Below, piece by piece: positions 9,161 through 18,938 of a stretch of DNA of 64,000 nt. The stretch covers positions 189,569 to 253,568 of the forward strand of contig DCUV01000032.1 in assembly GCA_002328585.1 (NCBI GenBank). The letters run 5' to 3'. The translations under genes and the position numbers were made by a program. This DNA comes from Spirochaetia bacterium UBA2205 (lineage in GTDB: Bacteria; Spirochaetota; UBA4802; UB4802). The notes beneath the pieces are model-generated. The model was given only the letters and a program-made list of their open reading frames with translations. It ran no database searches and was not told the DNA's origin. Positions within the stretch are counted from its first letter, which is position 1, and every line of letters starts with the position of its first letter.

Positions 9161-10171
9161 CTAATTCTTTATGATGCAACAACCAGTTTCATTAACAACT
9201 TTTTCTATCATCATAAAAAATTTATTACCATTTATCAACGCGTTATAACCTCCATCTACCAAAAGAAATTCATTTGTTCCACCTAATATGCTATAAGTAA
9301 ATGGTATTGCATAAAATGTATTATCATAATTATACACTACTATTCCATCGCCGTTGTTTATGATAATACCATCATTAAGCAAATGAACATCCTGCAGTTT
9401 TGTAAAGCTTTTCATTGTCTTGTCCTTTTTCGTTGTGATACTGATACTTTTTAAATCCCAATGTCCAGCACTACCCGTAATAACAAACAGCTTATCATCT
9501 TTTAGTATATTCTTCCATGAGGCAATCCGTATACGGGATAGCAAAATATCTCCTTCAGTGGACAATACCCATGCATTGTACATTCCGGCTATTCCCACAA
9601 TTATAATGAGCTTATTACTGACAGCATGCATATATCCATTGTAGTATTTCAATGTTTCCGGTGGTGGAAAATCTATAGATGACAATCTTCTTATTTTTTT
9701 ATCATCCTGACTATGTACATATAACTCTTCCCCGCAGAGCAAATAAACATCCTTATTACAATACGAAACTGCTTTAATGGGTTTGGTTGTTGGGTTATTG
9801 ATAATGATTTCCTCATCAGACGAAAACTTACATACCATAATGCCATCAGTTACAACACAAACATCATCGGTAGAATCATACCATACACTAACCACTTCAC
9901 GTGGGAATTCATATGCTTGTTTTTTGGGATACAGCATGGTGAGTAACGTTTCAGTAGAAAAAACTGCATATGGAGTACAAACAAAACTTTGCTCATCCAA
10001 CGTTTTTTCCATAGAATACTCTATCAACCCGTCTTTAATTTTTACAAAGGCACTTTGATATAATCCCTCCTGATACAGTTCAATTCCTTCATTTACCGTT
10101 TTTTGCCTTGAACATGATATAGTAATAAGTAAAAGAACAATACTGCAAGCTGAAAGATAACGAAGAATCAT
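9161..10171 (-). CDS. hypothetical lipoprotein
   Basis: N-terminal LLLITISCS lipobox-like signal. No recognisable catalytic motifs. Confidence 0.45.
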   Translation of the reverse strand: MILRYLSACSIVLLLITISCSRQKTVNEGIELYQEGLYQSAFVKIKDGLIEYSMEKTLDEQSFVCTPYAVFSTETLLTMLYPKKQAYEFPREVVSVWYDSTDDVCVVTDGIMVCKFSSDEEIIINNPTTKPIKAVSYCNKDVYLLCGEELYVHSQDDKKIRRLSSIDFPPPETLKYYNGYMHAVSNKLIIIVGIAGMYNAWVLSTEGDILLSRIRIASWKNILKDDKLFVITGSAGHWDLKSISITTKKDKTMKSFTKLQDVHLLNDGIIINNGDGIVVYNYDNTFYAIPFTYSILGGTNEFLLVDGGYNALINGNKFFMMIEKVVNETGCCIIKN

Positions 10172-10173
10172 GA

Positions 10174-11529
10174 CTAACCTTTTTTACCTTTAATTTTTTC
10201 CATTGTTTTTTGTAAAAATCGCCCGTCCATGATTTCAATCATTTTATTTGCTGCCTGAGATTTAGCATTAATACTAAATTTTGATGTTGTTATATAAATA
10301 CCACTTTTACACTTCTCTTCAAGCATACGCTGGTAAAAAGTATTAATCTGCCCTTCGGTTATATCACGGGTTGTTCGTATAAAATTAATTAAAACCGGCG
10401 GTTCATTTATCCTTTTAACGCTAAAACATTTATACATGTACTCATTGGCCGAAACTTCTTTTTTATATACTATACTATAATTTAGCTGAGCAATAATCTC
10501 AGTAATAAGCGGCTGTAACTCTGCCATAGTAGAAGTAAACAAGAATTTAAGATTTTTATTTTCAAGAATTGATTTGTAATCGTCAAGCTTTACCTGTGTG
10601 CTGCGATAATTAGGATTTATACTTGCAATCTTTTCCCAGTGATGTACTGCTTCTGGTATCTTATTTTCCATCTCATAACATTCCGCCAATAAATAACGAT
10701 ATGCCAATCCTTCGTCTGTATTATCCTTTATATATGGCAATCCTTTTTCCAGTTCTTCGATTGCTTTAGAATATGCATCATTATCAAAATATAACTGTCC
10801 TATAGCATACTGGCTTTTATCAAAATACCGTCTATCGTTGCGAGCCTTACCAAGCATCTCTAAAGCAGCAGTATAATCCTTTTTCATCTTAAAGATCATA
10901 CCAAGATAGTAATGGGCTTCATAATTTGTAGCATTTGTTTCAACAGCTTTAATCAGAAAATTTTCTGCTGTTCCATATTCACCTGTATTATACAGACATA
11001 TACCTAACGGTGCATAAAGATCAGAAAGAGCAGGGTCCAGTGTAACTGCTTTCAATAAATAATCTTTGGATCCGGTATAATCATGCTGGCGGTAAAGCAC
11101 AATCCCCAATCTGTAGTTGGCATTGATATCGTCGGGATTAAACTGTAAAATAATTCTGAACTCTTCAACCTCTTTTTGCCATTGTTGTGTTTCATGGTAT
11201 AGGTCAGCAAGATGATAATGGATATCCAGTTCCCCTACATATTTATCAAAATCAGGTATACTGAGTATTCCATTAAGTTCTGCAATAGCCAGTAAATATT
11301 GTTTTTGTTGAATCAATATCTGCGCCCTGAGATAACGCGCAGGGACATAATCCTTTTTTCGTTCAAGAACCAGCTTGACAATTTCACTTGCTTTTGCAAT
11401 GTCTCCATTATCAAGATATTCCTGAGCTTTTCGTACTTTTGCAGGATATTGATGTGCCCGTATAATTACCAGCAGCGCGCCAACAATTGATGCGCCAACA
11501 ATAAAAAATGTAATGCTTAATAATGACAT
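10174..11529 (-). CDS. TPR-repeat membrane-anchored protein with C-terminal Mrr_cat-like (restriction-endonuclease-fold) domain
   Basis: N-terminal TM helix, multiple TPR-like repeats (AxxxY/LG spacing), and a C-terminal ~140 aa resembling the Mrr N-terminal endonuclease-like fold (LITEIIAQLNY...IYITTSKFSINAKSQA...IEIMDG). Confidence 0.6.
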   Translation of the reverse strand: MSLLSITFFIVGASIVGALLVIIRAHQYPAKVRKAQEYLDNGDIAKASEIVKLVLERKKDYVPARYLRAQILIQQKQYLLAIAELNGILSIPDFDKYVGELDIHYHLADLYHETQQWQKEVEEFRIILQFNPDDINANYRLGIVLYRQHDYTGSKDYLLKAVTLDPALSDLYAPLGICLYNTGEYGTAENFLIKAVETNATNYEAHYYLGMIFKMKKDYTAALEMLGKARNDRRYFDKSQYAIGQLYFDNDAYSKAIEELEKGLPYIKDNTDEGLAYRYLLAECYEMENKIPEAVHHWEKIASINPNYRSTQVKLDDYKSILENKNLKFLFTSTMAELQPLITEIIAQLNYSIVYKKEVSANEYMYKCFSVKRINEPPVLINFIRTTRDITEGQINTFYQRMLEEKCKSGIYITTSKFSINAKSQAANKMIEIMDGRFLQKTMEKIKGKKG

Positions 11530-11763
11530 AGATTTTTCATATTTTACATTTGATTTTATTACTACATGAGTTATATTTTAAGTCAAGCATTATAGCTTTA
11601 AAAGCAAAAAATGATATGATAGCTTTTTAACTTATGAGGTTATGTGTATAATATAACACATTATATGCAAGTAAGTTTTTCATCACATTATGATGGTATA
11701 GATGCTGAAATGAGCCTACCATAGCAACAGCCCATAATTCAGCATACCAATTGAAAAAAGTAT

Positions 11764-11785
11764 CATCCTGAACTGATTTCAGGAT
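11764..11785. promoter_or_regulatory. perfect inverted repeat ATCCTGAA-ctgat-TTCAGGAT (candidate operator or terminator)
   Basis: 8-bp perfect palindrome arms with a 5-6 nt spacer, immediately upstream of the purE leader element. Confidence 0.4.
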
Positions 11786-11862
11786 CTAAAGTTACATACC
11801 TGGATTCAGGATAAAGCCCGGAATGACGTTGATGAATAAATCTATTTTAAATGGAGGAATAT
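11785..11862 (+). promoter_or_regulatory. conserved ~78-nt leader element, copy B (upstream of purE)
   Basis: Aligns with 8319-8396 over most positions (tctaaagt, aagcccggaatga, ttgatg, tctatttt, ggagg-ATG). Confidence 0.6.
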
Positions 11863-12393
11863 ATGCCAGAAATAGGGATTATTGTTGGCAGTGATTCGGA
11901 CCTTCCTAAATTAAAGGGATGTTTCCAGACATTAGATGATTTTAATGTTTCGTATGATGTAAAAGCGTATTCTGCTCACCGTACTCCTCACCTGGTTGCT
12001 GAATGGGTTGTTCAGTTTGAAAAGGATGGTGGCAAGGTTATCATTGCCGCGGCAGGCGGCGCTGCTCATCTGCCAGGGGTTGTTGCTTCTCATACTATAC
12101 TCCCGGTCATAGGTATTCCCGTTGAAACATCCATAGCTGGAGGGCTTGATTCATTGCTTTCTATTGTCCAGATGCCATCGGGCATACCGGTAGCAACGGT
12201 TGCTACAGGAAAAGCAGGTGCAACCAATGCAGCACTTTTGGCTATTGCAATCCTATCAACCTCCAATCCTGACTATAGTGCTAAATTAAAAAACTACCGC
12301 GACACAATACAAAAAACTATCGCCAGGAAAAATGAAACGTTAACTAAACAGGGTATTTACGAATATATAAAAGAGTTAGAGGCACAAAAATGA
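11863..12393 (+). CDS. purE: 5-(carboxyamino)imidazole ribonucleotide mutase PurE
   Basis: IGIIVGSDSDLP...AHRTP...IIAAAGGAAHLPGVVAS. The ggagga RBS 6 nt upstream favours the ATG at 11863 over the ORF-track start at 11851. Confidence 0.9.
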   Translation: MPEIGIIVGSDSDLPKLKGCFQTLDDFNVSYDVKAYSAHRTPHLVAEWVVQFEKDGGKVIIAAAGGAAHLPGVVASHTILPVIGIPVETSIAGGLDSLLSIVQMPSGIPVATVATGKAGATNAALLAIAILSTSNPDYSAKLKNYRDTIQKTIARKNETLTKQGIYEYIKELEAQK

Positions 12394-13958
12394 TAGAGCA
12401 TGGCATTGGAATATCCTCTCAAAATAAAGTGCTCATACTGGACTTTGGTTCGCAGTACACACAGCTCATTGCTCGTAAAATACGGGAATTGCATGTATAT
12501 GCAGAGATAGTTCCCTACACAATAACTATCGCCGAAATAACAAAAGAAAATCCCGGTGCCATTATACTTTCTGGAGGACCTTCCTCATTATACGAGGATA
12601 ACGCTCCGCACATCTCAGATGATCTATTTTCGCTGGGATTACCGGTGCTTGGTATTTGCTATGGGTTATATGCTGTGGTTAATGCATTTCATGGTATCAT
12701 CAATCCTTCCCCATTCAAGGAATATGGCAGGGCAACCATAAAGTTAGTTGAAGAATCTCCATTGTTTAAGGATCTTCCCCGCACACAAACGGTATGGATG
12801 AGTCACGGCGATACCGTTGAACGTATTCCGGAGACATTTAAAACAATAGCACGTTCTGAAAATGCGCCATACGCTGCTATAGAAAACAGGGAAAAGAAAA
12901 TTTACGGCGTACAATTTCACCCCGAAGTGTATCATACCCAGTACGGAAAGGAAATTTTATGCAATTTTTTATTTACTATCTGCAATTTCCAGCCTACATG
13001 GACCATGCAATCTTTCATTGATGCTGCGATTAATGATATACGCAATGTAGTAAAAGATGGCACTGTTTTACTGGGGCTGTCCGGCGGTGTTGATTCTTCA
13101 GTTACTGCAGTGTTGCTACAACGAGCAATTGGTAATCATCTGTACTGTGTGTTTGTTAACAATGGATTATTGCGCAAGGATGAGCATAGAAAGGTTATAG
13201 AACGTTTCAAAAAACATCTAAAACTCAATCTCATCTATGCTGATGCTGAAGAACATTTTTTACATAAACTTAAAGGCGTTATTGACCCGGAAGAAAAGCG
13301 TAAAATAATTGGTAAAGAATTTATTACTATTTTTAAACAAGAAGCTGCTAAAATTGGCACGTTTGACTTTTTAGCCCAGGGTACACTCTATCCCGATGTC
13401 ATTGAATCAGTTTCCACAAAGGGCCCATCTGATACAATAAAGAGCCACCACAACAGGGTGCCTGAAGTGCTGGAGCTTATCAATGAAGGCAAAGTGATTG
13501 AACCATTAAAAGAGCTATTTAAGGATGAGGTTCGCGAGTTAGGAAGGCAATTAGGAATGCCCGAAGAATTAATAAACAGGCATCCATTCCCTGGCCCAGG
13601 GCTTGCCATCCGCATCATTGGTGAGGTCACCAGAGAACGTCTTGCCATAGTGCGTGAAGCTGATGACATACTCATAGAAGAGATTAAGAATGCTCATTTC
13701 TATAACAAATTGTGGCAGGCTTTTGCGGTATTTTTACCCGTTAAATCGGTAGGCGTCATGGGTGATAAACGTACCTACGATAATGTCATAGCACTACGCG
13801 TTGTTACTTCGCTTGATGCAATGACTGCCGACTGGGCATATCTGCCTGAAGATTTAATGCGCCGAATCTCTACACGCATTATTAATGAAGTAAAAGGCGT
13901 GAACAGAGTTGTATATGACATTTCATCAAAACCACCATCAACCATTGAATGGGAATAA
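12390..13958 (+). CDS. guaA: GMP synthase (glutamine-hydrolysing)
   Basis: GATase region (LGICYG, GVQFHPEV) and PP-loop SGGVDSSV. 522 aa, ATGA-coupled to purE. Confidence 0.95.
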   Translation: MIEHGIGISSQNKVLILDFGSQYTQLIARKIRELHVYAEIVPYTITIAEITKENPGAIILSGGPSSLYEDNAPHISDDLFSLGLPVLGICYGLYAVVNAFHGIINPSPFKEYGRATIKLVEESPLFKDLPRTQTVWMSHGDTVERIPETFKTIARSENAPYAAIENREKKIYGVQFHPEVYHTQYGKEILCNFLFTICNFQPTWTMQSFIDAAINDIRNVVKDGTVLLGLSGGVDSSVTAVLLQRAIGNHLYCVFVNNGLLRKDEHRKVIERFKKHLKLNLIYADAEEHFLHKLKGVIDPEEKRKIIGKEFITIFKQEAAKIGTFDFLAQGTLYPDVIESVSTKGPSDTIKSHHNRVPEVLELINEGKVIEPLKELFKDEVRELGRQLGMPEELINRHPFPGPGLAIRIIGEVTRERLAIVREADDILIEEIKNAHFYNKLWQAFAVFLPVKSVGVMGDKRTYDNVIALRVVTSLDAMTADWAYLPEDLMRRISTRIINEVKGVNRVVYDISSKPPSTIEWE

Positions 13959-14152
13959 AAATTTTTTAATTGTATCTGTTGACGAAAAATAAAATAATCA
14001 TTATATTTTATAATTAAATAATATTCTTAATTATTTCCTCTCAGGTAAGGCACCCTGTCGCATGATGCCAATTTTGGGAGTTAGTAAGGAGGATAAATAT
14101 CCCTCTTACAAAAACCTTAAAATTTTATTTTTGACGGAGGACTGAACGATAC

Positions 14153-14443
14153 ATGCTATTGCGTGAATATGATGCAGAACAAATCAAAGATGAAATAATA
14201 CAGTGTGTGGCATCTAACGTTTTTGATTCAGAATCAGAGAGCTATCCTAAAGCAAAAGAATTATTGCACGAGCTTTTCATAGTTTCAGGTGGGGATTTTG
14301 ACAGGCCTGATTATGATTCAATAATGAAAGTGTTAAAGCTAATAGCTGCGCGCCAGCTTAAAAAGGGTAAGGATACAAAGGTTATAGCCCAGCGTTTTAA
14401 AGAAATAGCTAAAAAAATTGAATCGGTAGCTCTTTATACATAA
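14153..14443 (+). CDS. hypothetical protein
   Basis: 96-aa charged ORF with a GGAGG RBS 12 nt upstream. No motifs recognised. Confidence 0.4.
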   Translation: MLLREYDAEQIKDEIIQCVASNVFDSESESYPKAKELLHELFIVSGGDFDRPDYDSIMKVLKLIAARQLKKGKDTKVIAQRFKEIAKKIESVALYT

Positions 14444-14911
14444 TCACCGCATGCGCTTATAGCGCTGCAGCTCTCTGTCCGAATCACGCTTTTTTATATC
14501 ATGACGTTTGTCATAGAGGGTTTTCCCTTTCGCAAGTCCAAGCAGCACCTTAACCTTACCATTTTTCCAGTATACCTTTAACGGTACCAGGGTAAGCCCC
14601 TTTTCCTGTTGTTTGCCGGTAAGACGTTTTATCTCCTGTTTATGTAACAAAAGCTTACGTACCCGCAACGGGTCATGATTAAAGATATTTCCACTCTCAT
14701 ACGGTGAAATATTCATCCCATAGAGAAAAGCTTCGCCATCTTTAATGCGTGCATACGCATCCTGAATGTTTACCTTTTTTAAGCGCACCGATTTTACCTC
14801 AGTGCCCTTCAATACTATACCTGCTTCTATAGTATCAAGTATTTCATACTCAAAGCGTGCCTTTTTATTCTGTACTATTTCCGTTTCAGATGACATGATT
14901 ATTCCCTTCAT
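14444..14911 (-). CDS. smpB: SsrA-binding protein SmpB
   Basis: KKARFEYEI.DT.EAGIVL.GTEVKS and the basic C-terminal tail. Confidence 0.9.
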   Translation of the reverse strand: MKGIIMSSETEIVQNKKARFEYEILDTIEAGIVLKGTEVKSVRLKKVNIQDAYARIKDGEAFLYGMNISPYESGNIFNHDPLRVRKLLLHKQEIKRLTGKQQEKGLTLVPLKVYWKNGKVKVLLGLAKGKTLYDKRHDIKKRDSDRELQRYKRMR

Positions 14912-14920
14912 AGCTTATGC

Positions 14921-17077
14921 TTAACTGCGTCTGGCAAGCGGCAATGCAACACCGGCAACTATTAGCACCGTACCTAACCAGACAAGCCAGATAAGTCGTT
15001 TAAACGATATATCAACAATAACCGAATCAGGAGGAAGAACTGCATTGTCATGAGCATCAATATGTAAAACAACTATCGCATCCCTTACATCAAAATCAAG
15101 CAGCACAACAGTGCGGTTTGTGCCGGGAATCATAGCTTTTATATCCTGTCGCATATCATTGTTATAGGCTACGCCGGGTTTAACCGTATACTGTGTTCCC
15201 TTATAGGTAATGGTACATTGTGCATAGACAATTGCATTCCCTTTCATCATGGCTACCCTATCAACATCAAAGCTATCAAAACGTATGGTGATATCACCAA
15301 GCGTATTTATCTCACCTTTTTTGAGCATCACCTGAGTCAGCTTATCATACCCGCTCATATATTCAACAGGTGAAATATACGCATCATAGAGTATATTGTA
15401 ATCAATAGAGGGCTCCCTGAATAACTGGTTTGTTCTGGTATCAATAAAATAGGGTGTGGTAATGGTTTTGTCTTTGTTGTAGTAACTATAATGAAAAACC
15501 AGAGCGTTTTTAGTGCCGCCTGTCATCCCGACAAGCTCAAGTGTGATAGGATAAATGGTTTTTTTCTCTTTCTGGATTAATTCAGTATGATAATCCAGCG
15601 ACTGCGTTTGTGATGTGATTATACCAATAACAAGCAGCGCCACACCACTGTGGGCTACCCTTGCAGCTACATTCAAATGGGTATACGGGAACAAGCCTTT
15701 TATATTGGTAACAATAATAAAAAAGCTTACAAACATTAGTATTAATGGGAATATGTGGATTGTTTGCCCAATATATAAAAGGATTGTTAAACCTGAGGCG
15801 ATAGTTATCGGTATAACAAAAGTCCTGATTTTCAACGGTAATTTTTTTGTGAAAGTAGCAAGCAGTAATAATACTACGATAACAAAGCCAACTGGTTTTA
15901 CAATGCTTATGTAATACGATTCTCTAACGGTCGATGGTTGCGATAGTAATCTGGTAAGCAGCGGCATACAGGTGCCAATAGTAACAAACAATGCAAAAAA
16001 TAACATTGCAGCAATACCGTATACCATTATATTTTCTTTTGAAAGTACATTATTCTCAAGAACTTTGCCACATGCATCCCTGTAGCGATAGATAATCAAG
16101 CCAATGCTTAGCACAACTATCGTGCTCAAAAACAACAAAAGATCGGTAAAATTGCCAGCCCCGCTGAATGAATGAACCGAAAAATCTGAAAGCACACCAC
16201 TTCGTGTTAAAAATGTGCCAAAAAGGACAAAAACATATACCCCTATTGCCATGGCAATATTAGCCCGCACCAGAACCTGTTTCCGTTTCTGCAGTATTAA
16301 TCCATGCAATAGTGCAATACTGATAAGCCATGGGATAAGAGATGCATTCTCAACGGGGTCCCAACCCCAGTAACCACCCCATCCCAATACCTTGTATGCC
16401 CAGTAGCCTCCTAAAAAAATCCCGGCGCCCAGGGCCAACACGGTTGCAAGCACATAACGGTAAGCAGTAAGTATAATGGAATAGTTATTATATAGTAACG
16501 ATAATATTGCATAAATAAATGCTATGGTAGATAATGCATAGCCAATAAAAAGAACCGGCGGATGAATGATCATCCAGAAATCCTGTAATAATGGATTAAG
16601 CCCTGCACCATCTGTGGGAATTATATTTACAGGAAAATTTTTTGATGTATCCCATATATAGGCAAATGGATTATTATTAATACAATGAATCATAAAGATA
16701 AGCGACACTAAACCCAATATTGTTAAAAAGCTTTGTTTCAATTGTTCTTCCCTGTTAACAGCAATAATCCCGGCAATCATTATAAAAAATGTCCATAAGG
16801 CGATGGAACCTTCCTGACCTGCCCATACAGCGGCAATACGGTATAGTACTGGCAAATCTACTGATGAATAATGATATACATAGGAATATTGAAATTTACA
16901 GGTAACAAATGCCATTAACAAACATATAAGCATTAATGCTACAATTCCTGTTGCTGCATAATACAGATATTTTGCTAAAGTAAATATTTTTGGTTTACTC
17001 AATGAATATACAGCTATCATTGTCGATAGCATAATCAATAGTGCTGGAATCCATGGCAGATAATATAAACTATTCAT
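14921..17077 (-). CDS. ccmF: cytochrome c-type biogenesis protein CcmF (heme lyase)
   Basis: WGGYWGWDPVENASL WWD motif, about 15 TM helices, 718 aa. Confidence 0.85.
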   Translation of the reverse strand: MNSLYYLPWIPALLIMLSTMIAVYSLSKPKIFTLAKYLYYAATGIVALMLICLLMAFVTCKFQYSYVYHYSSVDLPVLYRIAAVWAGQEGSIALWTFFIMIAGIIAVNREEQLKQSFLTILGLVSLIFMIHCINNNPFAYIWDTSKNFPVNIIPTDGAGLNPLLQDFWMIIHPPVLFIGYALSTIAFIYAILSLLYNNYSIILTAYRYVLATVLALGAGIFLGGYWAYKVLGWGGYWGWDPVENASLIPWLISIALLHGLILQKRKQVLVRANIAMAIGVYVFVLFGTFLTRSGVLSDFSVHSFSGAGNFTDLLLFLSTIVVLSIGLIIYRYRDACGKVLENNVLSKENIMVYGIAAMLFFALFVTIGTCMPLLTRLLSQPSTVRESYYISIVKPVGFVIVVLLLLATFTKKLPLKIRTFVIPITIASGLTILLYIGQTIHIFPLILMFVSFFIIVTNIKGLFPYTHLNVAARVAHSGVALLVIGIITSQTQSLDYHTELIQKEKKTIYPITLELVGMTGGTKNALVFHYSYYNKDKTITTPYFIDTRTNQLFREPSIDYNILYDAYISPVEYMSGYDKLTQVMLKKGEINTLGDITIRFDSFDVDRVAMMKGNAIVYAQCTITYKGTQYTVKPGVAYNNDMRQDIKAMIPGTNRTVVLLDFDVRDAIVVLHIDAHDNAVLPPDSVIVDISFKRLIWLVWLGTVLIVAGVALPLARRS

Positions 17078-17449
17078 TTATTTTTGCTCCCGGGTATACT
17101 TTGATGGGCATTTAACCAATATTTTATCTGCTTCAAACATCTGTTTTTTGTTATTATAGATGCCGATTGCAACAACGCTGGTAGCATGTTCAAAGTTCAA
17201 CGGTTTGGCACCCCTGTATAGTACCGTCATCCGTTCCAATGCATTATCTTCTATCACAAATATAAAACCATCTGTGGTATTCTGCACAGGCACTGTTTTA
17301 ACCAGCCTGCCAATTATCTGAACATAATCGGGATTATTCTTTGCATCATCAAAGGGAACATACGGTGTTAAAAGCCCCTTAAACGAAAAGAGTGCTACAG
17401 CAGAACATATAACAATGATTGCCACAATAATGATCTTACTTTTTGCCAT
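17078..17449 (-). CDS. ccmE: cytochrome c-type biogenesis heme chaperone CcmE, CxxxY variant
   Basis: N-terminal TM anchor and an OB-fold-like body. The C-terminal LVKCPSKY occupies the position of the canonical LAKHDENY heme-binding HxxxY. Confidence 0.75.
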   Translation of the reverse strand: MAKSKIIIVAIIVICSAVALFSFKGLLTPYVPFDDAKNNPDYVQIIGRLVKTVPVQNTTDGFIFVIEDNALERMTVLYRGAKPLNFEHATSVVAIGIYNNKKQMFEADKILVKCPSKYTREQK

Positions 17450-17609
17450 TGACCCTCTTTTCCAGCTGTTTTATTTTACGGTGTAAAACAACAAGATAGC
17501 ACACTATTCCACACCATACAACCGCAGATACCCAGAAAAGCGTTTTTGAATAATTTGAATCTGTCTGCGCCAAAAACTGCATTGCGGTAACTATCGCATA
17601 TAATTTCAT
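17436..17609 (-). CDS. ccmD: heme exporter protein CcmD (small membrane protein)
   Basis: 57-aa ORF missing from the ORF track (<60 aa). Its ATG lies 1 nt after the ccmC stop and it overlaps the ccmE start by 14 nt. Single TM helix plus a basic tail (HRKIKQLEKRVNGKK). Confidence 0.55.
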   Translation of the reverse strand: MKLYAIVTAMQFLAQTDSNYSKTLFWVSAVVWCGIVCYLVVLHRKIKQLEKRVNGKK

Positions 17610-17610
17610 A

Positions 17611-18258
17611 CTATTCCTCGTGCAATTTTGATTTCAGTACATAAATCCGCACCCACAATCCAAGCAATATATAGTACAAAAGAGTAAATGATACCAACGA
17701 TATAGCAAGCACCAATCGCATTTCTGTATCCAGCATCAATTGTCCCTGAGCATTAATGACAGGCTCAGGATGCAGTGTTGGGTAAAGCCGTGGTGCTACA
17801 AAGATTAAAAATGGTGATGCAACAAACGCAATGATGAGATACACACTTTCTAACATAGGGGCTTTTGGATTACCGCTAACAATCTGTTGCAGGCTGAAAT
17901 AGGCAATATACAATAAAAGCAATAGTGTGATGGAGGTTTCACGCGGGTCCCAGTTCCAGTAACTGCCCCACATAACCTTTGCCCACAACGAGCCAGTAAT
18001 TACGGTAAGGATGCTAAAAAAAAGACCTATGTGTGCAGAACTTCGTGCATACACTATATAGTTTATTTTTGACTTTTTCAAAAACGATAGCGAAGCAATA
18101 CCTGCTACTGCAAAAGCCAAACACGATACCCACGCAAGAGGCACATGGAGGTATACTATACGGCTTGTTTCCCCTAATATAGCCGCTGGAGGCACCCATA
18201 TATAGATTAAATACAATGACAGCATCATGACAATGCCATTTAATAGTATTACAATCAT
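17611..18258 (-). CDS. ccmC: heme exporter protein CcmC
   Basis: WGSYWNWDPRE WWD motif, about 6 TM helices. Confidence 0.85.
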   Translation of the reverse strand: MIVILLNGIVMMLSLYLIYIWVPPAAILGETSRIVYLHVPLAWVSCLAFAVAGIASLSFLKKSKINYIVYARSSAHIGLFFSILTVITGSLWAKVMWGSYWNWDPRETSITLLLLLYIAYFSLQQIVSGNPKAPMLESVYLIIAFVASPFLIFVAPRLYPTLHPEPVINAQGQLMLDTEMRLVLAISLVSFTLLYYILLGLWVRIYVLKSKLHEE

Positions 18259-18275
18259 AGCTATTCTCGTTACTA

Positions 18276-18938
18276 TTAAAATTCGCGCCAGATATAAGGA
18301 AATAATAAATACGATACCATTCCCAGAACCATTGAAAACGCAAGTAGAAAAATTATAGCGCTTAATGGAGAAAAAACCTGCTGTTCAAAGCACCTGGCTG
18401 TAGATTGTATTGCAACAGTAAAAAGCGGTAATACCACCGGGAAAGCCAATATGGTAAACAACCCTCCCCGTGCACCGGCTAATGCTGCAATAGCTCCTAT
18501 AACCGTTGTTGCAAAAGCAAGCGATAAACTTCCAGCAATGAGTATTGCTATAAGATAGATACCGTGATAGACAGAAACTGAGATAACAAAGACATAGATA
18601 ATGATGACCATAATGGCAATAACAACCATTACACAACAATTAATCAAAAGTTTTGAAAGATAGATAACAACAGCCGGATAATGTATTACACCAAACAGTG
18701 CAGTCGACTCTTCTATTTCTCTGAAAAAAACATGCGATAGCGTATTCATCCCGGAAAAAAAAATGATTATCCATAGTATAGCAGCATGGAGTAAAGGACT
18801 ATTGATGATACCACCTGTTGCAAATCCAATGGAAATAGTAACAATGACACTGAATGATAAGACAATTGAAACGATAATACGACTTCTGAATTCAATCAAT
18901 ATATCCTTCTGGATGTTCCGCCATAATGCCTTAATCAA
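18276..18938 (-). CDS. ccmB: heme exporter permease CcmB
   Basis: 220-aa polytopic membrane protein between ccmA and ccmC. The conserved FSRE-like region (FFREIEEST) fits CcmB. Confidence 0.75.
   Translation of the reverse strand: MIKALWRNIQKDILIEFRSRIIVSIVLSFSVIVTISIGFATGGIINSPLLHAAILWIIIFFSGMNTLSHVFFREIEESTALFGVIHYPAVVIYLSKLLINCCVMVVIAIMVIIIYVFVISVSVYHGIYLIAILIAGSLSLAFATTVIGAIAALAGARGGLFTILAFPVVLPLFTVAIQSTARCFEQQVFSPLSAIIFLLAFSMVLGMVSYLLFPYIWREF

Noticed and set aside
11530-11862. Looked for a purine (guanine/adenine) riboswitch or ZTP riboswitch upstream of purE.
   Set aside because: A P1-like pairing (attatg...cataat) exists, but the conserved J1/2, P2/P3 loop motifs and the ZTP pseudoknot consensus are absent. 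Reported only as a palindrome plus conserved element.
13959-14443. Looked for a tmRNA (ssrA) gene next to smpB, on either strand.
   Set aside because: No GGGG... 5' end was found. No T-arm/CCA-like 3' end (GGTTCGA.TCC...CCACCA) and no tag-peptide frame (ANDENYALAA-like). The interval instead holds a plausible 96-aa protein ORF with an RBS.
14449-14470. Hairpin GCGCTTATAGCGC just inside the 3' end of smpB, as a terminator for the convergent 96-aa gene.
   Set aside because: The stem is short. It lies within smpB coding sequence and has no clear T-tract, so it was not called.
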